Shown here: positions 1 through 15,260 of the stretch, one piece after another
Layout: each line of letters opens with the position of its first letter
Position numbering within the stretch: the stretch's first letter is position 1
Source of the DNA: Octopus sinensis
Lineage: Eukaryota
DNA: 64,000 nt
Reading direction: 5' to 3'
Assembly (NCBI RefSeq): GCF_006345805.1
Contig: NC_043004.1
Coordinates: forward strand, 21,948,001 to 22,012,000
Translations under genes and position numbers: made by a program
The notes under the pieces: generated by a model
The model's database searches: none
What the model was told of the DNA's origin: nothing
Seen by the model: only the letters and a program-made list of their open reading frames with translations

Positions 1-2546
1 ATTTCACCTCTCTTTTCCTCATACGTTTTCCTACACTCCGAATTGTAAAACATCTTACTCTGTTGCATCCCCTACATAACCTCCCCCCTCTCTCTCTCTC
101 TCTCTATATATATATTATATATATATATATATATCTGTCTGTCTTTCTCTCTCACGCTTTCTTTTGATCTCTCTTTCTCTCGCTCTGTCTGTCTGTCTGT
201 TTGTCTCTCTCTCTCTCCGAATAAGAAACAGCTGAGTCTCGCAAACTTTGGATTTTACATTCCTCAAGGGAAATTAAATCTAATACATCATATAGATAAA
301 GTTTTGCTGAAGCAAATCACTCACAATTTCTTCGGATTCCGGATCGTACCATATCTTCAGAGAGCGATACCTTCAACCAATTCAACTAATAACGTAGTTT
401 AGTGAAAAAAATAGGAAATGATAGTGACTGAAACTGTTAACTAAACATTCTCCCGAAATCTTATGCATGAATAGTTTAATACCAAAATTATATGATATTT
501 GAATTCTCTAATGTTTACCACAGATGTAATAGATGAAGATAGAAATTTCACGTCTTAATATTTAGGACACAATTGCGAACACGAGACACTGAATCTGTGA
601 TAGAGATGTATAGGTTAATACATGATGATGTCAGTGTATATATTCATTCGTCTAATGAACCAGAATATACACTAGCAATGATCACGTCACTGTTTATAAC
701 ATATACACATATCTTTCTAATAATCAATCAATACATTTACCATGGCTTTCATATTTAGTATGAAGCGACTACAAAGTACAACTTAGTAAAGCTTGGAAAA
801 TTATTTCACTGGCTGCAGTGGAATTGAATGGTAATCGAATATTTCTTGAAATGGCCTGCAACATAAGACTAAAATCCTATGTTTTTATCCTTAATTAGAA
901 ATATTTAATCAATATTCATAATGTAAAAATACAAACAAAGAAAAACAATTACAAATAACCTTTACGATTTTAATTCAATTTATTTTGTCGTAGATGCATT
1001 ATCAGACATTTATTATATTCTTTTATGCAAACATTTAGTCAATATTTAACAACACGGCTAATGTCGATAACTCATCGTCAATATTGCACAGAATTTAATG
1101 AAACAAAGAATAAAGATACGAAAAGACAAAAGAGAATTGTAAACACGGAGAAATAAAATTTATCTGAGAAGATGAGAAAATATTTAGAATATTTTTTAAA
1201 AATACTTAAATATGCATGCGAATTTCAGTCTACTTTGAGGGCATCGTAGGGTGACGTGAACAGGTTTGTGTGTGTATATCTGTGCATTTCGGTACACGTT
1301 TATATTTGAAGGTGATATTAGCAAGGGTGATTCTGCATTCTTGCAATACTTCCTTATGCATAGAACATTGCCAAGGAAAAATACACACGAAACAAAACAA
1401 TGCTCTCTGCATCACGAAGTTTAAAATGAGCGAAAAGTAGTCTAAAGGGGAATCTTTGCCTTTCATTCTCTCTCTCTCTCTCGCTCGATATATATATATA
1501 TATAGTTGTGTGTGCTTATGGGAACTTATATTTTGCATAATCTGTATCTAGAACATATATGTATATATATATGCACACACACACAGACATATATATATAT
1601 GCGTGTGTAAGTACATTTATATATATACGTGGGCATGTATTTCCGTACTTATTTATTTGTATGCGTATCTATATGTTTGTGTATTTGTATGTATGTTTGT
1701 ATTTATGTAGATATACATATAATTTTATGTGTGCGTTTTTATATATGTATGTTTCGCGAGCTGAACGAAGTATCTAACTTTCGTTAAATACGTATTGGAA
1801 CGCCAATGATTTCACTCTCTATACAACTATCTATTTTTCCTTTTCTCTTTCTAATTTTCCGTTTCTATTTCTTTTATTTCTTTTCCTTCTTTTCCCACTT
1901 TTTTCTTTCTCCTTCTCCCTGTTGTTGTTCGCTTTTTTTCCTTTTCTTTCTTTCGCCTGTAAAAACTACTTTTATAAACATACGCAAGGAGTTTTTGCGC
2001 ACAAGTGTGTTTATTCGTGCATACATATGTATGCATTTGTATATATTTATGCTTTGCCTATATATGTCTGTATATGAATGTAGGCATCTACCTACGTCTG
2101 TATGTGTAGTGTATATATGTGTAATATAGATTGTTTGGTGTGTGTATGTATCGCTATTTGTATATGCAATTTAGCGTGAAAAGTTTTCAAATGGATATAT
2201 CTTTTAATTTATTAATTTGTTATTATTTTTACAACTAATTATTTACCCTGGGTATTCAGGCCTTTTTTCCTTCTTCATAATCTATTTTTTACTTAAGGCT
2301 TTCTTTGATTTTTATAATAATATGATCTTAAATCGCACTTTGTTATTTCATGTAACCGGTTATTCCAAAGATCGTTAGTTAAAAGGACCAATGAAGTAAA
2401 TCTATTTTCAAATGTGTACAAAGTAATTGTATTTCTGCATATAACTTTATCTTGTTCAATTTTATACAAAACCGTCCGACGAGCGGGAACGTGGAAGTCT
2501 GAGTAACAGTTCCTTATATATAATATATAAGTATTTGAGTAGTTTC

Positions 2547-3062
<516 letters not shown>

Positions 3063-3802
3063 TGTATGCATACATGAGGTGTGTTGTTTGTGTACGCGCG
3101 CGTCAGGTGGATTGAACTGGCAGTCTCACTGCGATAGCCCCGTGAGATGAATTAGTAGACTCTACCAGGATCTTTGATGTGTACTGATATCCTTACAGTG
3201 GGTCGGCGACATTTTTGCAATAACACGTGTTGGCCAAGAAGTAATCGAAATGGTGAAAGAATCTACAGCATGACCTCTTTGTGAGTAATAAACCGATATT
3301 TTTTTTATCATATCTCTCTAGAAGACAAGTGGTGAGGAATTTAGCGCTAGGTTATGGTTTATTTGGTTGAATCCACAAAGACAACCTCTTGAGTAAATAC
3401 TAAAACTAAAAAAGTAGTATCGGTCAGTTCTATAGTGCTTTTTGACAGACAAGATCACAGTAATTTTCTGCAACGGGAAGGAAATACGATTTGCCTTGTA
3501 TATTTTCACTACATCCTTTAATCTCTTGTATTCTTTAGCAAATTGAGGCATAAATTCCTTCTCCCTGAGTTAATTAAAGAAGACGTGAGTCAAGAACATA
3601 TTGATTCCTCCGTTTGTTCTGTGTGAAGCACGCGTTTAACGCTGACATCCACTTGTACTCCATTTCATAGTAACACGGTAGTCACAAAGATACGGGCATG
3701 TGTTGTTGATGATGTAACAGTTCATAGTTCAACTTTTCCGAATGATTCGATTATATATATACACATACACACACATACACACACACACACACATATATAT
3801 AT

Positions 3803-3858
<56 letters not shown>

Positions 3859-3893
3859 TATATACATATATAAACACACATATACATACATGC

Positions 3894-3933
<40 letters not shown>

Positions 3934-4593
3934 GAATCATTTTGACGTTTTTACGATAGTTCATTAGACTGGAGTATTGAAGTAGTTTTCTCTGATCTTT
4001 CAATATAATTAGTATTCCGTGTCGTGAAGAATCTTACAGTGAAGCTTGCCAAGTATTTAATTGTAGAAAGGAATGAACAAGAAAGGTAATAGTCAGAATT
4101 CGAGAAAAAGAAGCAAGGGTTGAGTGACAACACTTTCAATTTATTTAGAAAAACGCGTGACTATAATAGAATTTACTGGACTGGTCATGTAATAATAACA
4201 ATGAATATTGGAAAGTTCTGCGATGTAGAAAGTTAGAATTAAGTAGGATGAGCTATTTAGGACAGACAGAACGACCGATGAGGCAAAATACTTAATGCAT
4301 GGAGTGTTGAAAAGATAAGTATTTAGACATAAGTCTGAAAGAAAATTTTAAAGACAAACACGTGGTTCTCCAAGAATCCTTTATTTTTGAAATATATTTA
4401 ATTTTAGTTACCTTTAATGATTCGTGAATTCGGAATACTAAAACAAACTTGACATACATTCTCTTTCTCTCTCTTTCTCCTTCTCTCAGTATATATATAT
4501 ATACTTTATTAATAAAGGTGCAAAGACATCACAAAAGCTGTTACTCAGAGTTTTACGCTCCCGTTCGTCAGATCTCAACCAATATATATATAT

Positions 4594-4661
<68 letters not shown>

Positions 4662-5494
4662 GCCGCAAGTTGATAAGAAATTGATTGGCGCCAGGTCCTA
4701 AGGCGACAGGCTACATGTTGAGCAGTAAAAAGAACAATACTGATCGTCGCCTGAAAATAAATTGGCTCTAAGTTTCACTGGTCGCTGGAAACCTCCGCCA
4801 GGAGGAAAAGAATACATTGAGACTTTCGTATACCTAGTAACAAGAATCAGTAAACTCCATCGACCGACGCTGTTGGCACGTTTATATATATATATAGAGA
4901 GAGAGAGGGAGAGAGAGAGAGACAGACAGACAGATAGACAGATAGATAAGTAAATAAATAGATAAATACATAATGCTCAAACGCACGCGCACACATACAC
5001 ACACGCACAAACACACAAATACACACAAATATACATACGCATACTCACACACATATGTAGAGAGAGAGAGAGAGAAAGAAAAAAAGAAAGAAAGAAAGGA
5101 AGAGAGGTGGGGAAGGAAAGCAAAGTATATTTATGTCTGTCCGACTGCATGTTTAATTCCATTCAGTTATTTAAATTACTTAACATAACTATGAGCAATT
5201 AAAAAAAAATAACAGCACGGGTGGAATTTTCCTGCATCTCCCTGCTACCATTTCAATTTATAATGATTTTGAATGTTTGAGTTGTTTATCATGTTTTCCT
5301 AACAGAAAATTTCCTTTTTAGACCTTACCTAATTAATTATATTAATACCTGTCTTATTTTCTCATTTGGAATGACAGACGGCTCTGGGATATTTAAGCTA
5401 GTAAGCGCCTGCATCATGCTATATCTTCCCTACCTTCCGATATAGTTATAAATAATAGTATGTTATTATTTAAACACATAATGTTCGATTTTTT

Positions 5495-5765
5495 TATGCG
5501 CCCTTTTCAAGCCTAGCCAGGCTCACGGGGCCGATTTCCCGGGTTCGAGCTGAGCGCTAGTCCATCGCAGCGTAAACAAACAGGAAGAAAAAGTGAAAGA
5601 AATTTGGGGCGAAATAGTACAACATGGGTCACCGCCTCCCCTGCCGGAGCCTCATGGAGCTTTAGGTGTTTTCACTCTATAAACACACACAATGCCCGCG
5701 TTCGAAACCGCGATCCACCGACCGCGAGTCGGCTGCCCTAACCACTGGGCCATTGAGCCTCCACA
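5495..5765 (-). mobile_element. tRNA-derived SINE (tRNA-Arg-like head)
   Basis: Minus strand reads GGCTCAATGGCCCAGTGGTTAGGGCAGCCGACTCGCGGTCGGTGGATCGCGGTTTCGAA (A- and B-box-like). The tail (AAAAGGGCGCATAA) is shared with the copies at 16517 and 32805. Confidence 0.8.
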
Positions 5766-6597
5766 TCAAAGATTTATCAAATACTATATTTCTATTGAAA
5801 ACTACGAAACTGTTAAAAAGATAGCGTTGTTTACAAATGTGTAATCTCTGATGAAGTACAGTAAGCGCGAAACAATAATAAACATATAATATTGAGCGCA
5901 AAAGCTTATGCGCGCCAACATGGCGTGCCAAATATAACTCTCTAACATTTCAGTCGTTACAAAATCAACTTCTCTTCTACGTGTCATCGGAGGAAACATT
6001 TACTCATCTAATTTCTGAAAGACAGCTTCATATTAAATGTACATACATCATACTAAATGTACATATATCATACATGCATATATACAGACACACACACACA
6101 CACATACACACATACAAACACACAAACGTACACATATACATATCTAGTGTGGTGAGTATGTGTGTGTCCGTGTATATATGTGTGTGTGTGCGTGTATAAG
6201 CAGGAAGAAAGAAAGGGAGAGAGAGGAGGAGGAGGAGGGGAGGGTAAAGAAAAGCATGCAATTTATTGATCCTATCAACTCTATGGTAGAAGACATATGT
6301 CCAAACTTGCGTCCTTATATGGAGATCATGAACAGAGAGGTAAAAGTTACTTCAATGATTGAGAATGAGCCTAACTTTGTCCTAGGTCTGGGACTTATTA
6401 TTTCCGTACCTGACTACTATCTAACGCTGAAAGTCTACCACACTCGATAATACAGCATACAACGTTCTGCTGCCCCACTTACTGAAGATACTTCCACATA
6501 TAGATTATTTTTTATCTCTTTTACACACATTCGGAACTTTTTCGTATAGGTATTATCGTATGCTTTGCATTTATTACATTCAAGTAATCAATTATAG

Positions 6598-6647
<50 letters not shown>

Positions 6648-6738
6648 CTTTCTGATAATTCCTTATACGTCCCTACCGCACATTCTTCGATTGAATCTAT
6701 TTAGAATATATCGGTTTTATGTATTATTTTATTATATA

Positions 6739-6978
6739 CTAGCAGTATCGCCCTTATATATGCCAAAAATGCATTAAAAATGGGAAAAATTTATGGTAAT
6801 GTTTTTTTTTTAATCGTAGACTCATCGTAGACGTGCGTTAATACCCAGAAGGGCTCGATGTGAATCACGACTATAAGATACCCTGTTTTGGTTAAACTGC
6901 ACCGCAAAATGTGGGAGTAGTTAGGAATCTAAATCGTAGGAGACAGACAGCACACAACCTCACTTTTATATATAAAGA
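6739..6978 (-). mobile_element. Non-autonomous Helitron-like element
   Basis: On the minus strand it starts A|TCTTTATATATAAAAG and ends GGGCGATACTGCTAG|T, i.e. 5'-TC ... CTAG-3' inserted between A and T with no TSD. The subterminal hairpin appears partly deleted. Confidence 0.7.
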
Positions 6979-7879
6979 TTTTATTTTCCATTGTTCTATT
7001 TTCTGTTATATATTTATGTCTATTGCTGGTTAAATGCACTACAGAGCTGGTATGATTTTTACGTTTAATAACTCCTACTATGTTGAGCTTATTACTGAGA
7101 TCTTTTAGCGCTATACATTTCGGTCACATACTATCCTGTTATCTTTAATGTTAAGGTTTTACTTCTACTTATATTGTTACGACATTGCTATTTATTCCGT
7201 TTTTCATTAATTGTATTTTACTATTACTCTGTTTCTATTTCATTACATTTTTATTTCGTTTTATCACTCTGCCTTTTCATTCTTTACCATTATATGTAAC
7301 ATTCCTGATAAGGGAAAGTTCGTATCTTTTCGTTTCTCTGCATATATACCTGTTTATATATGTGTGTGTGTGTGTTTTGTGTGTGTGTGTGTGTGCGTGT
7401 GTGTGAATATGTGTGCTGAGTATTTTCCCAAAAAACAATGTACATAACCTGTTCATCTTTCTTCAGTCTGTTTATATTTTCATCTTTATTTACTTTTTGT
7501 TTTCTCCCACTGTAATGGAAACTCAATGTATATTGTAGGAACGCACCTTTGATACAAGTTTGAAAAAGTGCCACGATAATGTCTGCAACTGCAAATATTA
7601 CGTACATCTTTTACTCAGAAGTTCTGTATGAACTTCTGTTGAAAGCAGATCTGATAGAGAAACATTTCTAACTAATGATTGAATATGTGTCAAAGTCTTT
7701 CTTTGTCTTGTTGTTCGAATTATATTTTACTCTTCACAGAACCTAACCAACGGTTTTATAGGTGTGAAACTTGAATTTTGTTGTCCTGAAGAATTTCGAT
7801 TTGTCCGGAATCACACTGTTGAGTACGAATTGGAAATACCCCATTTTCTACCCTCCCAGGAGCTCATATATATATATAT

Positions 7880-8050
7880 ATAGCTCAGCTCCCTGTAACT
7901 TAAAGTTTCGGAGAAAAGAGACTGATGAAATAAGTATTAGGCTGTAAAAGAAATAAATCCCGGGGTCGCGTTATCCGAGTAAAACCCTTTGAGGCGGAGC
8001 TCCAGCATGGTGACAGTCAAATGACTGAAATAAGTGAAAGAATAAAAGAA
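7880..8050 (+). mobile_element. SINE 3' tail fragment
   Basis: CTCCAGCATGGTGACAGTCAAATGACTGAAATAAGTGAAAG matches the tail of the 11162-11570 SINE. Confidence 0.65.
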
Positions 8051-8088
8051 AAAATATATATATAATAACACAAATGGTCTACGATTTG

Positions 8089-8408
8089 CTACAGATGTTT
8101 CAGGCGTATTTATTTTTATTGATTGATGAACAAATCAAATTACATCATGAAAAAAAAAACGTTTTCTTCAGGTAAATAAATATATTCAACATTTAGGGTT
8201 TTCTCACAGAAAAACTATGGAAAGCATGCTGACTCTCTAATCTCTGTTCCGGTTGAGATGAGAGAGTCAACATGCATTCTGTACTCTTTGTGTGTAAAAT
8301 CCTAACGGTAGATTTTATTTTAATTTTAATTCATCTGAAGGAAACAGATTTTATACATGATGTAATTGATTTGTTCATCAATAAAAAAGACGTCTGAAAT
8401 ATCTGTAG
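8089..8408. mobile_element. Foldback/MITE-like element with ~85-bp imperfect terminal inverted repeats and an inner hairpin
   Basis: Left arm CTACAGATGTTTCAGGCGT...GATGAACAAATCAAATTACATCATG. The reverse complement of the right arm is CTACAGATATTTCAGACGTC...GATGAACAAATCAATTACATCATG. Inner inverted repeat GCATGCTGACTCTCT / AGAGAGTCAACATGC. Confidence 0.75.
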
Positions 8409-9549
8409 GGAGTTTGAATTATTATGTTACTACACCACATTCAAAACCTTTCCTGCTTTAAATTTTGACCCTACATTAGACCGTGGGTTGCATGCAGGAT
8501 TATGCTCTTGCATGATTTTACGTATACGCTCACTCTATTTGGTGAGCAATTGTGGATGTATGCATAAGTGGAAGGACAATCTCGTATACATTCTAGTAAG
8601 CACGCGAATGTCCGCAAACAATGTTGATACAAGGATATGCTGTCCTTGACTCTACCATGGTTTCCTTATTATCAAAATACTACGAATGTTTAGCATCCTG
8701 AAAATAATATATATATACATCATATTTTTTAAGGAGGGAGGGGACAAATAAAGAAATTCTGTTTTTACTTACGTTTCTTTATGACGATAGATAACATTTA
8801 CTCGATGTATTGAGGTATCTAAATTTTATTCATTGTTACTTTGATTGCTCAAAAACCATTGTATATCATTTTCCCAATGTTTTTTACGCACCATTATGCT
8901 TGTTTGGAATTCTGTATTGGGATCCACTATTGCAATAAGACGCTTATACACAACGGTTAACCAGGGAATACGCTTAACATGAAATTGCTGATCATAACTT
9001 GTAATACTGCTATATCTAGTAGTTGCTTAACCACTATACATGAATCTGACACGTAGCACATAGGACAAATGTTTTCTATTATAACCTTGCGAATGTATTT
9101 GATTGACGGTAACTGAATGTTCTTTCAGTAATAGCACCATTTCGATATACATCTATTCAAATTTCCAAAATGATAAACAAAATTTCTAGAGGAGAGAAAG
9201 AAAATATTATAAACAGTACGACGAACAAATATATTTCGTGTTAAAATAAAATTGGAAAAAAAACAACGAATTTTTCTAATAAACTCAACATATATATGCA
9301 TATGTGTAGGTGTGTCTGTGTGTGTGCCTTTGCGTTTGTCTTTGCTACCCCATCACTTGATTCTACTGTTGGATTTTGTATGAATACGTTACAGGCGGTT
9401 CGATGAATGACGTCCATTAGAATATGAATCAGAATTAAAAATTGAAATACTGTGGTAGATTTCTTCAGCAAAACCCTTTAAGATGATGTCCTAGCATAGC
9501 CTCACTCCATAGCCTCTGAGAGAAACTAGTAAAATATAAATTCAACATC

Positions 9550-9568
9550 TCTCTCTCTCTCTCTCTCT

Positions 9569-9619
<51 letters not shown>

Positions 9620-9719
9620 CATATATATATATATATATACAATATATATATGTATATATATATATATATATAATACATATATATATATGTATGTATATAT
9701 ATATATATATATATAATAT

Positions 9720-9752
<33 letters not shown>

Positions 9753-9891
9753 GTATGTATATATATATATATACATATATATATATGTATGTATATATAT
9801 ATATACATATATATATATGTATGTATATATATACATATATATACATATATATATATATGTATATATATATACATACATACATACATACAAC

Positions 9892-9945
<54 letters not shown>
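9550..9945. repeat. Compound (CT)n/(TA)n/(TACA)n microsatellite
   Basis: Directly visible; source of the YIYI ORFs. Confidence 0.95.
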
Positions 9946-9948
<3 letters not shown>

Positions 9949-11161
9949 GATATATATTATAGAGAGATGGGTATTATTCACTCGCTTTCGTATATTTTGT
10001 AGCAGGGTTGACGTGTGTATTTTCATGAGAAAAAATGGTCATTTCAATACAATTTTTGTGGTAATTTTAAAAGGTTTATTGCGAGTCCGTTTGCATTCCT
10101 AAAAACTATTCTGCTGCTAATACGAGTAAAGCTGGAATGGGAGAATTTCTTTTTATTCTATTTTATTTATTTACTTATTTATTTATTTATTTATTGGTTT
10201 CTTCATTGCGAAGCTCTCGATAAACATATAACTGCTTTGAAATACTTGCGTCAAAATATCTAGCTGTAGATGAAATAAAATTAACACTTACGTGCAATTG
10301 CTGGAGCGCAAATTGAAGAATTTGATGAAAATTGACACTTTCCAAAATCTACGCCTGAAGTGAAATTTGAAGTCCAGAATTCTTTGGAATACCGTGAAAA
10401 TACAAAAGATTTGAACTACAAAGAGCAAGTTGAGCACATGATTGATAGTTTTTCCCATCCTGGATGTAGGAAGAGAGTGAAAAGGCACTTTCTGCTTTCT
10501 TCATTTAACTACTTGCAATCGTAAGAAACATGATTTAAAAATGTATAAGTTTTTCGCAGGAAAATCACTAATGGAAGAGTGGCACGATGGTAGCGTTACT
10601 TGTTCTTTGAAATGAACTGAACCCAGAAAGAACATACAGCAAAATATTGAAAAACAAATATCTTTAAATAAGTTATTTTATTATTTTTCTTCATAATTCG
10701 GGTGTAAATATATTTGCGTAGTAACAAATTATTGGATAAAGGTGAGACTATAGACAGATGCTATAAACACTTTCGGAAAGATTATATGAAAATTGACAAG
10801 TTGATTATTGTTTCCTAAAAGAGAATCAGAACTGCGAATGTTTTGTATAAAAGTTTTATATATAATTTATGTTAAGCTGTTATATATGTAATTGTTTTAC
10901 AATGGTAAATTTTGTGAGTTTTTTAGTATATTACTGCGTAGTCACTATTCTATTTTCGTATATATTAAGGAATAATATAGCACGGGTATGTCTCTTTTAA
11001 ATGTTAACTCGTATTAATCACAAAGTTGCAGTTTATTTCTCCTCATACCGGCTATAGATTTAATTCATTTAATTTTATTGACACCATACGTTAAGTATGT
11101 TTGCACTAGCTTCATTAGTATTTGTTTCGTAGGATGTGATATGTTTGTGTTTTATCTATAG

Positions 11162-11350
11162 TTTACTTTTTTACTTGTTTCAGTCATGTGACTGTGGCCA
11201 TGCTGGAGCACCGCCTTTAGTCGAGCAAATCGACCCCAGGACTTATTCTATCGGTCTATTTTGCCGAGCCGCTAAGTTATGGGGACGTAAACACACCAGC
11301 ATCGGTTGTCAAGCGATGTTGGGGGGACAAACGCAGACACACAAATATAT

Positions 11351-11403
<53 letters not shown>

Positions 11404-11570
11404 TACGACGGGCTTCTTTCAGTTTCCGTCTACCAAATCCACTCACAAGGCTTTGGTCGGCCCGAGGCTATAGTAGAAGACACTTGCCCAAGGTGCCACG
11501 CAGTGGGACTGAACCCGGAACCATGTGGCTGGTAAACAAGCTACTTACCACACAGCCACTCCTATGCCTA
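11162..11570 (-). mobile_element. Full-length tRNA-derived SINE (CORE-like central domain) with internal (CA)n(TA)n tract
   Basis: Minus-strand head TAGGCATAGGAGTGGCTGTGTGGTAAGTAGC...GGTTCCGGGTTCAGTCCC, followed by CCTTGGGCAAGTGTCTTCTACTATAGCC. Homologous copies lie at 11601, 22864 and 45998. Confidence 0.9.
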
Positions 11571-11600
11571 TTGTAAATGAATATTTGTAAATTATCTGTA

Positions 11601-12235
<635 letters not shown>

Positions 12236-13609
12236 TTATACTTTAATATACGTTTGCTATCTTTCAACACTCACACACACACACACCTGTGCACGCGCCT
12301 ACATATGTTTAGAGAGATGTACGCATCAATACATGCACACATGCACTAACAGAAATTAAGTTAATGGAAAGAAGACACTAAGACACACAAAAACCCGCAT
12401 GAGTGCGCATATGTATCATATTAATTACTACTAGGGCAATAGATATAGAAAAAACTATCTTATATATGTATATGAATCTGTTTGTGTTCTACGGTATGCA
12501 TTATGCGATTTGGTTGTGGGATCGCGATATTGACATATACAAGTGATTGCTTTTATTTTATAAAAACGTGTTACACGTGAAAGAAGGTATGGATATTTGC
12601 CAATCGTATACAACGAACAGACAAAATATTCTTATTTGAGGCTATTCTTTGGTTAATGATATGTGATTTCTGAATTATTAGCATTTCAGGATACAACTCA
12701 TAAAATAGTCGATGTGCATTATATAACAATTTAGCGATTTTTACAACAAATTTTGCATGGTATTTAACTCCCCTTCCTTACACAAATTGCATTTATTCAT
12801 AGCACAGCAGTTTCATTATTGATATCAAGACCACGAGGAAATATCGCTTTGGAACTAATGTAGCTTGTCGAAAATTACTCTACAAACAAATAGGGTCCTT
12901 AGTTCCTTGTAAACAAATAAAACAAATAGTACAGAAAATACTGCCTCTGTGCTACCATGCTTTACAAATATCATACCGTCCTCAAAAAAATTATATGTGC
13001 ATAATTTACTCCTTTTCATACACAGAAGATATAACGGTCAAAACTGAAATGCATTTCCTCATTGGTCTGATAGGTCAAGTTTGAGTTGGGGTTAAACACC
13101 TTAAAAATAACTAATTTCAATAGATCTCAGCAACTTTCCTAGAAATAGTTTGAAACACATTTTTCTGAATTACTGAATTACTCATTCGGTAGTGGTCATA
13201 AATTTATCACTTTCTTAACGAAAATATTTTGTCGGAATTAATACAATTGAAAACAGTTAAGTAAGTTACTCAATAGCTATTTGCTTCTTTCATTTTGTGT
13301 GTGAATATAAAATAATTGTTATGAGGATAATAACCGTATATTTAGAATTTACATATGATGTATATTCATTACGTTTCAAAATCATATTTTTAAATTATAG
13401 CCAAACAGACTGAGAGCTAACTCTTCCAAAGAGGAGAAGGAAAGTATTCGCCTCTAAAATTGTATATTCATTCTTCTTGTCTACAGCCAAGCGACATTTC
13501 TCAGTTTTTCACTCTCAGGTAGAAGAGAAAAAACGATAGAGCGGTTCAAATCCGCCACAACAATGGGGCTTTTATTATGGTTCTATTAACCATCTTAGCA
13601 ATAATTATT

Positions 13610-13815
13610 TCAAATTTTGTCACAAGAACAATTAATTTTAGGAGGAGGGTTAACTGTTTCCTATCTACCCCTGTGTTCAACTAGTTCTTATTTTATTGAC
13701 CCCGAAGGTATAGGAGATAAAGTCTACCTTGGCAGAATTTGAACTCAGAACATCAAAGACAGGAAGTAAAGCTGCAAAATATTATGTCCGACGTGCTAAC
13801 TCCTCTGCCAGCTTT
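13610..13815 (-). mobile_element. Diverged tRNA-derived SINE (GAGCTGGCAGAA..TTAGCACG head family)
   Basis: GACCCCGAAGG..AAAGTCTACCTTGGCAGAATTTGAACTCAGAAC...GCTAACTCCTCTGCCAGC, homologous to the 50234 and 63295 copies. Confidence 0.75.
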
Positions 13816-14564
13816 TCGTCTCACACATTGTATTAATAATACTACCAAACTAAATTTAAAAATCAGAAAACATCTTCGAAATGTATATATATATAAAATA
13901 CGCTTAATAACAGAACATTTAACAACTTTTCGCCTGTTCAGTTTGGAATTTATTCTGCCTTATCCTGAAAATCTGAACACATATAGTCCACAACAATAGA
14001 TTAACAAATGACTGTGGTAAAATCGATTTGAGACGAGACGGAATCCCCTTCAGATTAATGTCTTCCTTATGAAACAAGAATATTAGTTATCTAGTATTAT
14101 TTTAATTTCTTTCATCATTTTCTGACATAACACTGTAAATTACCGTCCAGCAATGTCACGAAAATTAATAGGCTGAGCATCAACACATGAATTATGGAGT
14201 TTATTAATGTGACATGTTATAAATGTATCACATGTAAGAGATGTTGTTTATACCATGGTACAATGAATATGCAGCAGCTTTTAGAAAAACTGTTGGTTAC
14301 GATATCTAAATAATATATTTCCTGATACTTATCAGAGGAAAAAATTTCATGCACTTCCTAAACTGAACTGACTTTCAATGAAACTCAAATTCGGCAAAAA
14401 TATTTCTTATAAGTTGATAGTCACAGTGGTTATTCAAAATATAGAAATAGCTTAGAATGATGGAAGTAATGTTAAATTATGTACGTATATATATATATAT
14501 ATATATATATATGCATATACGTGTGGTGTGTATGTGTATATATATATATATACAATACAAATAC

Positions 14565-14613
<49 letters not shown>
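14565..14613. repeat. (TTA)n microsatellite
   Basis: Directly visible. Confidence 0.95.
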
Positions 14614-14618
<5 letters not shown>

Positions 14619-14969
14619 ATAGATATTGTTTGAAGTGGTATAGAGAATTTATATATTAAGAAGTAGGAGCTAATCGGAATAATTATTTATTTACCGCTTT
14701 CATATTCTTTCAGATATTCTTCTGTAATGATTTTTTTAACAGAAAATGTATTCCTTTTATATCTATGTAAATTGAAAAAGTTGTATTGAATTGGGAGTGC
14801 GTGTTGTATGTTACTTTGAATTCATATAGGCGTATATAAATGTGTTGTGCGTATATGTATGTATATATGTGTACATGTTTAAGTATGTGTGTAGTGAATA
14901 TTTGGTGACTTGGTTAGAGGTAGAAAAATACACATGAGAGAAATGTCAGAATCCTCCCTGGAGAATTGA

Positions 14970-15260
14970 ATAGATAACAGATGTAGAACATGTAACAACA
15001 ACAACTTCAAATGTTCGAATAATGGTTCCCATATAAAATATAAATTTGGATTCTCCTTCCACGTAAATGCAGATATGATCTGCAAGACACAGAATCTCAT
15101 ATATTGCATAACCTCCACCAATCCTAAACAAAATTATGTTGGTGAAACCAGCAATTCCCTTTGCCAATATGCAAGGATCCAGAGACAACAAAGAGAATTA
15201 CACAAAATCCGCTAAGTATCTGGATATATGTGGAAAGAGCAGATTCGAGATCGCATCGAA
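14970..15260 (+). pseudogene. Penelope-like retroelement GIY-YIG endonuclease remnant (CxxC linker, Neptune-like)
   Basis: The frame from 14979 translates RCRTCNNNNFKCSNNGSHIKYKFGFSFHVNADMICKTQNLIYCITSTNPKQNYVGETSNSLCQYARIQRQQ. This gives CxxC plus LIY...YVGET, as in PLE endonucleases. There is an in-frame stop just upstream. Confidence 0.8.

Noticed and set aside
1750-1960. Possible decayed PLE pLTR/hammerhead (CTGAACGAAG...CGTTAAA; GAACGCCAATGA)
   Set aside because: Resemblance to the 16311 and 35005 termini is weak; the GAAA box and helices cannot be reconstructed.
4680-4880. Slightly GC-richer island with ATTGG and TTGGCGCC motifs (CCAAT/E2F-like promoter)
   Set aside because: Short motifs expected by chance, with no linked exon or other TSS evidence.
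5690-5765. tRNA-Arg-like sequence as a real tRNA gene
   Set aside because: The acceptor stem and T-arm do not close and it continues into a SINE body, so it is a SINE head.
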